This document shows positions 25,601 to 38,000 of a stretch of 64,000 nt of DNA, in pieces. How positions within the stretch are numbered: the stretch's first letter is position 1; every line of letters begins with the position of its first letter. Both the position numbers and the translations under genes were made by a program. Source of the stretch: Ophelia neglecta (taxonomy: Eukaryota); NCBI GenBank assembly GCA_965285935.1, contig OZ260666.1, forward strand, positions 35,340,001 through 35,404,000. The letters are read 5' to 3'. A model generated the notes under the pieces. The model ran no database searches and was not told the DNA's origin. It worked only from the letters and a program-made list of their open reading frames with translations.

Positions 25601-28600
25601 GCGTAAACAATAATAATAAATATAACTGTTAAACCAAATTTGTCATACACCCGGGGGCAAACACTGCCGAGGCGAATAGGCCTACCTCCTGTGAAACTCA
25701 CTCTGGAGTACGTGGAAAAAAACAGCCAAATATAACCAATCACGAAAACAACAATTATTTGAAAATATTTTTTAGTTCTGGATGATCACTGGTTTTGGAA
25801 ACTACGGACGTCGTGATTCAGCACAAAAATATTTGTACAAACTGAATAGATTTATGTTTAGTTTCTGTGTCACATGCACCAGTGTCCAATACTATGCCGC
25901 CCTCCTGGGAACATCGCTACCCTGCCAGTAAATCTTTTACTCTGCTCAAGATTTGGGACAGCACTAGATAATCTATTTAATAGACTTTACTTTTATCGGC
26001 ACTTTGAATAATTCATCCACTGTAAGTTGAGCTTTCTTTCCATCTTTCTATGAAGTGTTTTATTGCCCACTTTTCTACAAATCTTCCCTCTCAGCCTTCC
26101 AGCTTCCAACGAATCTGATATATAGCAAATATTTATATCTTTGCCGTCAGACAATCAGGTGTTTAAGCCATCTATGTTTGGCGATCTGTAGGCCAAGAAA
26201 GTAACAGACGACAGCGAGAGCCCGTGTGTGTAGCAACGGCTTTAATTATTCAGCTTAGCAAAACCCTCTCCTACACCTACACCTACATAAAACAACGGAA
26301 TGCTTTTTAAGTAACACTTTGCAATTATATTTGAGTTATGATCCCAAGTGCAACACTACTGATGGCACCATCACCACATTTATATTTTTGTTGTTGAAAA
26401 TGTTGTTATAATGCACGTGACTGTTTCGGTCAGATTTTTACAAGTAGCCATGGTTTCTTCGGTTTCAAAACTTGCGTCTCTAAGGCTAATTAAGCTACGT
26501 CTGTCCTCCGGCGGAAGCATGTCGAGATTAAACACATGAACACCAATCCCTCGCCTCTCATAGTTTGATCGATGATATGACACCAGTTTCCTATAATTCC
26601 TAATAATATGATTTATGTGAGCCCTAAACTCAGTGTGTCCTGCTTCAAGCCTATATTACAGTTATACATATTTGATAGTTGGCTTACTGCTAAGTTGTCT
26701 CGGTCCTTTTTGGTCCGCCCCATCTCTTCAGACTGAACAGCAAATGCGTTCGCCGTCACATTATATCTCTGTGAGTAATATTCCAATCCTTTATGATATG
26801 CTTGTTCTGCAATTTTAAAATATTCGAATTTCTGAGCATTATATACAATGTTAAAGTTACAACATGTATTTATACAGATGCATTCCGTGTGCAAAATGTA
26901 AAGAATACATGAACTATATAACAAAACTTGAAGCTAACGTGTTTCTGTAGTTAACCGCTACCGTGATTTATCAATCTGCGGATGCGGGAAGTGAAAAACA
27001 TATAGGCCGAAATGCTACGGGAAACATAGACCAATAATTCTTCACGAAAGCACATATCAGCAAATTCAAACCTGGGTCGGCAGATTTTTGGTTGTTTTTT
27101 ATTTTGGTCGTAAAATATATAGATCTATATAATAAGCAGGGACGGGAGCTTGATAATAACGTGAATAATGTGCAAAAAAATGAGCCTGTTGTTTAGTGAA
27201 CCCGGAGAATGGAAAATCAGCGCTCATACGAGTCAAATCTTCACCATCTGCCGACTGCCAACTGCAAGGCTTCATCTCCCAGTCTTCCTCATCTCAGTAG
27301 CTGATATGTGTTTCCAAAACGACCTAATTTTAAAGGCTTTTCTAGAAAATGTGTACTAGTGTGACTAAAAAAATAAGCAAATAAAAAGTTAACCAAGGGA
27401 CTTGCCAAATATAAGCCCCCCCCCCCCCCCAAAAAAAAAAAAAAAAAAAAAAACTTGACTTTATGGTGACATTTTAACAATGCGCCTCTTAATTCCTTTC
27501 CCGATCTTGGCCACTATTTCGTATCATGGACCCTACCTGGAAAGTTCCGATTTTCTTATCATTTTGAAAGGCTTTTAAAGGTGTCATTCAAACTGACCGT
27601 ATTCGTGTTTAGCCCTTACTAAAGGTACTCAGCAATAACAAGAAAAATTTCATGCATATGTGTACGTATGTGTGTGAGCAATGAAAATATAATTCAGTGC
27701 AAACCTAATTGATCATCGTGATGTCTTTCCACTTGCCGGACGCGAAAAAGCAAATCTTTTAATTTGTCAATGATCTCTGCTTTTGTAAGTGGACTTCTTC
27801 CTACTGCACGCGCCTGGCCATACTTCAGCTGTTCCTTTGACACCGGAAGCGATCTGATATCGTAAGACACTGAGAGGTGGGGATGGCTGTTCCGGCGGGG
27901 CTCCGTTTTGTTGTGGCTAAGTTCGTCAAGACTTAATGATTTCTTTTGGTCCACGTTAGTTTTGGTATTTTCGCAGCATCTACATGAGTCTTTCTGTGTT
28001 GAACTTGTATTTTCACCTTGATTTGGGTCAGAGGTGCTGCTATAAATTAGAATGGAGTCACTGATACTTGCTGAAGGTATACCGGCTAAGGTGGCAGGCG
28101 TACATTGGCCAGAACCGGAACTGCTGACGGACACATCCGTGTCAGAAGAGCACATTGGTAGTGGAGCTCTAAGCGCGGGGACGCGAATAACATTCTTTGT
28201 TTCAAAATAGTGATAGTCTAAAAGAAGAGAGCGAATCAGAGCAAATGAAAATCGTGCTTACAAATATGATTTTGGTCAAAATGCGAAAAAGCTGACTCTT
28301 TGAGGGGATCATGAGATATTCCTATGTCATATAGCCGACTATATTAAACGTTAATGTTTTGGTTGGGATGTTACCATTATGTCTTTGTGGGTCGTAGATA
28401 CAACTGCCGTCAGCGCAATGGTCACATAGCTCCCCGTCTAACGCCTCGTCAGATAACACGTGATGGTTCTTGTAGCTGTTACTCTCCGATCCATAGTCTA
28501 AATGGGATAATATTAATATTATTAAGGTGCTAATTGATTTGAAATAATAATCAAAAGACAGGTTCTATAATTCAAACAAAGGTATAAAGTGATACTGAAC

Positions 28601-30121
28601 CGATGTTTCGTTGAAATGATGAATTAGTTACTAGTAGCCCTATCACCCCTTCTTGAGAGATTTTGGGGTTTACAGAGGCAGTTTAAATCTTTCCCTTGAT
28701 GTACGATGGACCAATATGGTCATAGAGCGGCATTGGGCCAGGGGGGAAGGGTCAGGGGACTTAAGTATGATGGTCAGTGATGGCCAAACTGAGGCCAAAT
28801 TACTTCAAGCGTCCTCGGTTTGAGAGTCCAGGAACACTAAAACTTTAGGAGCCAGAGTCCGAAGATACCTAGTCCTATGTCTCAGTGTGAAAGAATGCAG
28901 TATCAGCCAGATCTGAATATTCCCCGACATAAAATATAAAAACACAATGATTAATGTGTAAATTACAATGATTAATTAAAACCTCTATATGACACACAAT
29001 ACTGACAAGGACTCACAAATCTAGTATTAAAAGTCCTGAAGGACTTTCAGTCCTTAGGACGGCACTCCGAGTCCGGAGGACTCCTTGTCCTCTCACACCG
29101 GCTTTAAACCATGTGCCCTTTAGTGTAGGATTTCACTTGGGATGCAAATCAGCTGATTCTATGTTCAATTCACTCACAGAATCCATTGAGCTCATAAAAT
29201 CGCCAAGTTTTTGGATTTTTCATCGATTTCCCTGGCTATTGGATGTTAAACTATACAAATTATTGTACATGTAATATTTCCAGTCATAGTTTCGACCGTA
29301 GCGATGCTCTTACAGCGACATGTGTGCACTGCATATAGATCATATCAAATAAAGCTGGAAATCATCTATAGATCTGTATAGGCCTACTAACAAGTTTTCA
29401 GTTGTTTATTATACTGGTTCCGGACCGAAGAGCTAAGCGAAAAAAGGTAAAAGTTGCAGCGGGCGCTGGCCGCACAAAGCTGTGACGCATGACTTTGCAT
29501 GAGTGCCGACGCTGCTTTGTCAGATTAGCCCAGAATCGTGTTTACATGATATGAACTTATCATTTGTTTACGTGACTCGAGATATCAAAAACTGTCGTTT
29601 TGTAAATAATTATTATATAACTACGCTCGATTCGAGGTACTTTTAGTATTCTCACGTTCATTTCCATAAGCGTACGTCTCTTCATCGGACGTTTCGTATT
29701 CCACTGATTCTGGTGATGACGTTTGTCTGCTGTTCATGTTCTGCTGATCTCCTTGGTTGTATATGGTGTCATTGTAATCACATGTGGTCCTCAATGGTAT
29801 TTCTCTCAGCAGTCCTGGCACTAGCTCCCCCTTCTTCTGGGTGTAGTAGGGAGCTTTGTATCCAGCGGAAGCGCCCGCCACAGTACTTTCTGCAAATTTT
29901 TCCCTGTAATCGAGCTCCTCTCCATTTGGCGATGATATGAGTATTTCCGGCAGCGATCCCTTAGTCCCTTCGCCCTGCAATGAATTTTGTTCTATGCGTT
30001 GGTTCCAATCAGGATTTGTCTCCTTCCCAGGCCACCTTTCAAAATCGAGGGTGAGCGATGAGGCGAGAGCATCGCAGACGGCAAGGTCTGCGATATCGTC
30101 CAGAAGACTCGAGTCCTCCAT
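22633..30121 (-). CDS. Uncharacterised multi-exon protein (~615-640 aa): acidic/Ser-rich disordered N-half, predicted helical/coiled-coil C-half
   Basis: Phase-consistent exons are 30121-29656, 28217-27705, 26806-26688, 24083-23969, 23677-23493, 23258-23114 (or 23090) and 22937-22633, giving a 1848-nt open frame. An optional exon lies at 23837-23752. Start context is caaaATGG. Helical segments include KAEIIDKLKDLLFRVRQVE, KIAELKLAMVTQQRYILALEERLREYQE and AEEIKQLVNDIRKARFMELEMEVKR. I do not recognise a family. Confidence 0.62.
24893..25516. mobile_element. Non-autonomous DNA transposon (MITE, possibly PIF/Harbinger-like) in an intron of the unknown gene
   Basis: TIRs are GGGCCCAGTGCCACAAATAACTTGAA (24893-24918) and the reverse complement of 25490-25515, GGGCCGAGTGCTACAAAATACTTGAA. 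The interior carries many ACTTAAG/TACTTA motifs. Confidence 0.7.
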
Positions 30122-30149
30122 TTTGAACGCAAATGAAAATTGAGGAAAG

Positions 30150-30180
30150 TGACGTCGAAAACCTCGCGGTCGTGACGTCA
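30150..30180. promoter_or_regulatory. Full CRE (TGACGTCA, 30173-30180) plus near-CRE (TGACGTCG, 30150-30157) just 5' of the unknown gene's ATG
   Basis: Motifs read directly, 30-60 bp upstream of the minus-strand ATG at 30121. Confidence 0.4.
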
Positions 30181-33100
30181 TTTGGACTATGGGTGAGGAA
30201 TAAAAATCTAATTTTTAACCGATGAAGATAAAACACGAGTTCCATCGTGTAGGTGATTGTACCGGATGAAGGAAAATCAGAGTGTTAATCAAGCGATCCA
30301 AAAAGAGACTTTAGGCGGAAAATTGTGGTCCTTAATTTTGGTGGGTGTAACCTACAAGCAGGGTGTCTTTTATGAGGTTAATATGCATACTAAACATAAC
30401 AATGCTAGACGGAGCATTGTGTTTTGGATTAATAGGAAAATGCCCTAGGCGATGGAAAAGACGGTAATCTGTGACAGGCAGTGGTAAAAATTTTATGTTT
30501 GTTATCCCACTAAGTTTTTTTCTCTGCAGAAGGCGGAGTTTGGCTTAAGGCAGGGCCCACTACCTTAAGCAAGGTTTTAAATCTCCAAGGGGGGCGTAGA
30601 TTATCTTCGGGTTTGTGCTAATGATTTGTTGGTGGTGTGGTGGAGGGGTTATGAAAATCAATCCTCCCTGAATTGGGGATCGGGAGTGGTCATGAAAAGT
30701 CACCCCCTCTCCTCTGAATGGGACGGGGGGGGGGGGGGGGGCTGGTTGTGTCATGAAATCCTTGTGCTAGGAAGGGTTATAATATCTCTGGGATGAACGA
30801 AGGTTTATGCATATAATTGTTCAAAAATAATCGGGTATGGCCCCAGACCTCGAGCCTACAGCTCAGGCTCACTTTCAAGTGCATAGACTATCTCTAATAA
30901 TAAATCGGACCTCTCCTGATATGAAACAAAAGTCTGGCTACGAGTCTGTTGCACATACAAGTAAATGAAATTTGTTTATAAAAGTCTGGGATCTTTCCTC
31001 TGTATTATGATTGCCCAAATTAATACATTTATTGGTAGCGCCCGGATAAAAAAGATGATCCCCAGTGAAAGTACAGCAAAGGTAAACCTTCTTAAACGAA
31101 TATTAATCTAAAGTTTCCATATAGATTAGGATAAATGCCTCTTTAAATGGCAAAATTCAAGTGTGAAAGGTCAAATTTACCTATTGAAAAAAGTGGAAAT
31201 GTCAAGGCTATGGTGACCAGTTTCGGCGGAAGTCCTCTGTTTTCAAAATGTCGTCGGGTGTCGTAGGGTCACCCCCTCCTCTCCCCCCAAATGTGAATTC
31301 ATTGATCAACCCCTTTAACTATGGAACCAAGATTGAATAGAGAGAAAGGAGGGGCAACATTCAAGACAGCGAACAACGAACACCGTCAAAGCTGCTATTT
31401 GACATTCCAGTTCAAGATGGTAAGAGTGTGGCGAATGGCGAGGACCAACATGTTCCTCAATTGTGGCTCTTCGGAAATGTGTGGCCTTCTTTCCCGCTAC
31501 ACCGTGTTACTGGAAGCCATGTTCAACGCATATCCTGTCGCTCTCGAAATGTAAAACTTGGTGTCTGTGGGGGTCGTTGTTTCTCGTTAGAAAAGTATTC
31601 GGCATCCGACAAGTGAGCCGGACCTTAGTTATCGCCCCAAAACGCCTATAATTACTTGTCCTCATTACTGAGGTGTTCAAAGTGGCACTTGGGGGAGAAA
31701 TGGCTGCCCAAGGATCCGTATATTCAAACTGCTTGCCATATTATTAATGGATTTCTATAGGTGAGAAATTTGGATTCCAGATTCTGGCGCATAAAAGGCT
31801 ACGACCATGGACCTTTACCAAGCTCAGTCCTCTCAGAGTTAAGTCGAAATGACGGTACCAGCCATCTTGCAAAGGCGATAGTCAACACATGTCATCATTA
31901 TTTTCCTTTTGATCTTATTTGTACATCTAACCCGTCAAACAAGCTATATGTATCTTCCTAAAAAAAACTCTTGTTAGCCAGAAAGACAAAACCTTTCGAG
32001 CAAAAGCTGTCGTCTGTTTATAATTAGGACAAATTAGACTCTCTGGACATGTATTATTACAAGGGATGGCGGCTTCTGGCTTATCGAAAACGCCTGCCGC
32101 CTATTGTCTGTCAGTTGAGACATGTGTCTCTCCTAAGAGGAGGGGGGGGGGGGGGGGGGGCTAAGCCCCCAGGCCCCTGCCAAACAGGATTCTAATCCCA
32201 CCCCCTCAAACGCCTGGCTGGAGAAATTTATGGAAGAAAACCCGTGCTTTCCCTCCCCCACTCCTACTCCTTAATCCAAGAGTGAACAGAAAAGGCGATG
32301 TACTAGAACGCAGCATCTCTTCAGATTATTTTGTCTCATGTGGATCGCGGTTTTATAATAGTCAAATACAGTTGGAAATTCAGGGTCTAAATGAATTTAG
32401 GATGTTTTGAATAAATATATGACACTAGTTTTGTTTTATCAAAAACATGTGTTTTCTTTTTGAATATTTCTATTCGAGTTGTCAACAAATGAATTTAGTG
32501 AAGAAAACGAAAATTAATTTAAACTCTAACAAATGTAAAATAATGCATTTTTGTAATTGCTGTTGTCCCAAGTGCTCACAAATAAAAATATATATTAATA
32601 ATTTTAAAGAATCAATATTCCCCTTAGGTTTTAATCCGTATTTCTACTGCCTTTAACACACAAAATTATATTATTTGAAATTTCCACGATCAAATAGATT
32701 AAAGACATTGATGCCACTTTTTGTCACGGGCCCTGTCTATAATATAGGATGCTGGAATAGTTAAAGCGATCTCATTTCATCTTAACAAAAAGATAAACAA
32801 TATGTTTAGTGTCCCACTTTCATACTGCTAAACATATAACCGCCACCCCATGGGTCCCACTTTGTCGTTAGTAGTGTACAAATTTGCTTTTATAACACGA
32901 GATGTAAGATAAGATATCTGAAAATAGGGATCTGATAATCGAATAAAGAACGCTTGTTATATAAACAGAAAAACCTGAATGATTAAATTAACCGGCTTGT
33001 GGTCAAAATGTAGAAATACAAATAATTCATGATTAATGATATATTTTTTTTTGCGAATTGGAATCCATAGGGAGAAGAAAACCCCATTAAGTGCATTTTG

Positions 33101-33713
33101 GGAATCGGCTTTAAGGAACTCACAACTATAAGGCACAGGTACTCCGCGGTATATTATCATATATTAATCTATATAATATATTCTTATTATTTGTGACCGG
33201 GGACGGGCCACGAAAAACGCACGACTAAGTTTCGAGGGCGTTGCGGTTTAGTCGCGCCTTACTTATGACCGGGACTGGTAGTTAATTAATTAACTAATTA
33301 TAGATGAAATACGAACGATTTAGCTTGCGAATTTTAAGCTGGCAAAATAATAGAACAACGACTAATTCAGAGCACAAACAAAATGAATTTATAAAAATAC
33401 GATGGTATTTTATTACAGGCTGATTTCATGGGCACATCATTGGCGTCATTTTTATATTAAATAAGTTATGACGCTGCCAATTTTATATTATATTCTTTAT
33501 GCCATTCATAAACTTTGTCGTAGTCAATTATAAGCTTCTGCATTTGCACTGAAGGGTCCAACGGTAAGTAGGATACCGAGAGAGTATGCAAGAGCTGGAC
33601 TTACTGGTCATTTCAGGAATTCTATGTACATAGTTATGATATGATGATTCATTTACAAATTCCATAGTGAAAACAGGTAAATCGTTCATTTTATATAATA
33701 TTTATAGTTGAAA

Positions 33714-35017
33714 CTAGGACGTTGTGATCGCCTTGCCAAATCTCATGAATCTCTTCTCGCCAGTCACACTTTTACTTTCTGAGTTTTCATCCTGAGGTGC
33801 GTCACTCTTTTTTCCAAAACGCATAAATTTTTTATCCTCCCTTTTTTCCTCCTCGCCGCCTTCCTTTCCGAATCTCATGAAGCGCTTGCCGAAGCGCATG
33901 AATCTTTTCTCGGCGTCTACGTCTCCTTCCTCTGCTTGTCTTTTTCCGAATCTCATGAATCCACGCTTTTCTTCATCATCTGACCCTTGCCTTTTACCAA
34001 ATCGCATGAAGCCTCTTTTTTCTTCGTTGTCATCTCCGTCTCTTTTCCCGAAGCGCATAAACCTTTTGCCAAATCTCATAAAGCCTCGTTTTTCATCGGC
34101 TTCTTCACTCCTTTTGCCAAATCGCATAAATCCGCGTTTTTCTTCTTCCAGGTTATCTGACCCATCCCTCTTTCCAAACCTCATGTACCTCTTACCGGCC
34201 AGGGCATCGTCATCATCGTCACTACGCTTACCAAATCTCATGAAACCACGTTTTCCAAACCTCATGAAGCCTCGTTTTTCTGCTTTTTCTGCGTCTGTCA
34301 TATCATCTAACTTCGTTGACTGGGCCTCGTCGGGGTCTCTTCCGAACCGCATGAAACGTTTTTCCGGCGTCTCATCCTCTTCAGTATCATCCTCGCGTTT
34401 GCCAAATCTCATGAAACGTTTGCCAAAACGCATAAATCGTTTTTCCTCATCGCTCAAATCATCATATCCTTCAGCACTTCCTTTGTCGCGTCCAAACCTC
34501 ATAAAACCGTCTCGCCCAAATCTCATAAACCCGTTGCTATCTCTGCCGAATCTCATGAAGCCACGTCCAAAACGCATGAATTTCTTTTCCATCTCATCGT
34601 CTACTTGGTGCTCGTCAGCTTCTTTCTTGCCAAACCTCATGAAGCGTTTCTCTTCTGTGTCGTCTGCCTTTGATTGGTCGTCAGCCTGCATCACATGGTC
34701 TGTCGATCTGCCAAATCGCATGTAACGGCCTCCAGATGATCGAAGGTCACGAGAGCCGAATCCAGCGAGGTAGTTCTGCACCTTGTTGTCTGGGATACTC
34801 CTCCCGAACCGTATGTAGTTTCCGCCCCGGCGATTACGGATTCCGAAATACATCCCTGGGTCATTTTGGGAACGTAAATGTCGCATCCCAAAATACATTC
34901 CATTACGTTTTTCATTGTCAGCGAGTTCGTCAATTCGTCTCAGTGTTTCTTCGACTTCAGTTGTATCGCGCCCTTCCCGGATCGCTCCGCCGGGCTTTTC
35001 GATGTCACTGTAGTTAT
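33714..35017 (-). CDS. FMRFa: FMRFamide precursor peptide-encoding last exon
   Basis: Acceptor tttttacttgcag|. 22 RF-G cores with Gly amide donors and basic cleavage sites. TAG stop. Confidence 0.98.
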
Positions 35018-38000
35018 CTGCAAGTAAAAACAACATTTACTTATAATGACAGGAATGGGAGTTAAGCAGCACCAGGAAAACGTACAGTTAATTAGCTTAT
35101 ATTTATCCAAAATGTTCTGGGGTAAAAACACCATTAGAGGTTCTTATCAGAATTTTTCTCTGTGGTGACGCGAGCGGGCGGACGGATTTGATTTTAGTTA
35201 TGTCTTGTTTTTAATTATTTAAATATAAATGTTTATTTGTCACCACACCAACATAATACAATAAGAGTTTGGAAAAAATAATAAATGAAGACAAAGGGTG
35301 TTATTCAAACCGGCAGAGCTTATTGGGCCTATGAATATCAACGAGTATTACTGTCAAATAATAAAAAGTAAATGGTAACAAATGAAGAAAGGTAGCATTG
35401 TACTAAAACAACAATATAAGCGGACAAACAAAAACATAAACTCTTACATCCAATGCTACTCCCCACAACCCCAAAACTGTAAAATAATGGATACTTAATA
35501 AATAAAAGAAAAAAAAATACACAACTGCAGCCAACCAATAGAAATGTGACTCATGTCGAGAATCCGCCAAAGAGTAAGCTCGTTTATATTCAAAAGAGGG
35601 GAGTCTCCGTGGTCCAGTGGTAGCGTGCTGGACCTCCGACCTCCAAGGTCTGAGTTCGAACCCAGCTTGAGAGGGCTGTTTTCAACCTAACCTTGTGTCG
35701 GGGGAGTGATTCATCAGACCTTCGCCTCATCTTTCCAAGAGACTCCCTGTCCCGATATGACCTCTCAAGTGTTGAAAGGGACGTTAAAACCCATACATTT
35801 AACATTTATATATTCAAAAGCATTCCAATAGCTTATCTATTCGGTATTTAAAATTGTTATCATTTTTCGATGTTTTTCCCAGCATAAAAAGCAATTGAGT
35901 GGTCTGCGAATAGAATAAAATATAGAATAGTGGATCCATTGTTGATGTCAGTAATGTAGATGAGAAATAATAAAGAGCCCAAGATGGTCAAGGAATTAAG
36001 ATAAACACTGTCAAAATCAGCAATTTTTTGGGATTTTTCAAGTAAGCTTAAAATCCGAGACAAAGCCACACCTCGGATGCCGTATTTTTCTAGCTTAAGT
36101 AAAAGTATGTTAAGATAATTGTTATTATATTTCTTTTTGGACGTAAAAAAAATGTAACGAATGCACGTGTCAGGGCATTCCCCTATTCTAGACCTACGGA
36201 GATTTGCTTGAGAACTTTTTTCGTTAGTGTTGATTGCATGCACGGCATAAAAAGAGAAGAAGTGAAATAGCCACAATACTCCTCCTTTTCGGTGGCAAAC
36301 AACCTATAATTCTGTTAAGGAGCTCTCAGTTTATAAAACAGGTCATTCAACACCAATGTGCTGCAAACTACTGCAAGGACAAAGTTGGTACAGCTAGCAT
36401 TTGCCTTCAAACCAATGCGTCATTGTTAGATAGAAGATTGACTGTCTTTTTGCGCGGGCGAGTCGGGCGGTCCGCCGGCCAATGGCCTGAACCACTTTAC
36501 TTGATTCTTGCTTGGCCCGCGGCGCACGCCTAGTCCGCAGAATATTTCAAGTGGCGAAGCGGCGAATCAACATGGCGGCCAAGCCAGAAACTTGCCTCCT
36601 CAAGCCTCTGACACAAATATTCTGGTTATTATGGCCCAGGGCAATGTTTAGGCTACTATTCGCATGTCCCGCAGGCATAAACGGATAAAAATAAGAAGAA
36701 TGGCACAATTTATTAATTCTCATCATGTCTCACGTAGATTAAAGGTTGTTAAATAAATTACATGTATCTTTAAACATCGACTTCATATTATCTGCCTATA
36801 TTTTCATCTGATCCCATCTACCCTCCGGCTAGTCCATGTAAACAGTTAAAACACCATTAGTTTGTAAAAACAATTTGTCATCTGCGAACTGCTAGTTTTT
36901 ATCTGTCGAATCCATTTGATTTTACATTATCCAAGCGGTCACGTGAACGGCCTGGGTCGTTTGGCCTAAAACAAGTCGAGCTACTAACTTTATTTTTCCA
37001 TTTTGGAGTAGTTTCTAGCATACCATATAAAGAGATTAAGGGCCCATTAGATCCAATCACTGGATCGCTGCAAGTGACGAAGCTAGTCAACCGGCAATAA
37101 TATATGCCTTTTCCCGATGTTTGGCTTCAAGGTTTCATTTGAACTTTGGATATAAGTTTGGTCATAAATTGACCGCTAGGTGATAATACGTTTGACAATT
37201 TTAAAATTTCCAGGGAATGTATGTATCTTTTTTTTTAAGAATTCGAAAGATTGCGATTATCTTTGAATGAAACCCCGAGTATTGGCACGAAAGTTGGTCT
37301 TGGAAGACTTTCACCTACCAAGTTATGTTGATGTCATAACGAGATTGATCATTGATCAATAGGTAAGGGCCTTTTGTTGACTCTGGTCTGACACCCACGA
37401 CTTATCGGATTTCCCTTAGAGCAGGGTCAACAAACATGTGACTTACTACCCTAAAACAGCGTGTCCAAATGTCGTCTGCTGTTTGCTCTCTGTGACTACG
37501 GTGACTATGATCAAGTGTCTGAATCAAAGTAAGAAGTCGCAATCAAAGTTAGAAGCTAGATTTAATTTGCCTGCAGTTCTTGCTTCAGGGCTAATAAATT
37601 CACTAGAAATGCATGATTTTGCAATCCTCTATATTTCTAGGGGTTTTCGTGAATCTACTTGCTGATCTTATTTATATTTATACGAATCAGTAGCCTATTG
37701 GTCATTTCAAATTGCAAATTCATATGCACGAAACTAGGATCTGCTGTCGACACTTTTGTTTACATCCGGTCAATACAACTTGCTAAAGAAGGCTCACAGA
37801 AGATGGCATGCCTTTCGGCCACTGATATCCTACAACTAAACTGAGATTGGTAACTTAAACATGGCGTTCTGGGTGGCAATAGAGAAAATATGCTGATTGT
37901 GGAAGGCCCTTACACCAAAAAATGTCAGATGCAAGACGTAATGGACGAAATGAGCTTGGAAGGAGTTAAATAGCGTTCTACCTGTGTTCTAACTGTCATC

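Noticed and set aside
25880-26600. Coding-like stretches (ORF 26380-26583 and fragments near 26000) as extra exons of the unknown gene
   Set aside because: The acceptors give the wrong phase or hit stops, and exon 26688 joins 24083 in frame without them.
30122-30181. Upstream ATG extension (MTSRPRGF...) of ORF 29621-30181
   Set aside because: The ATG at 30121 has the better context (caaaATGG), and the extension overlaps promoter-like CRE motifs. Not fully excluded.
33877-34725. 282-aa plus-strand ORF with PNLMK repeats
   Set aside because: Antisense shadow of the FMRFG repeats.
35597-35670. tRNA gene
   Set aside because: It has A/B boxes, but I see no closing acceptor stem. It continues into a SINE body and tail and is bounded by a TSD.
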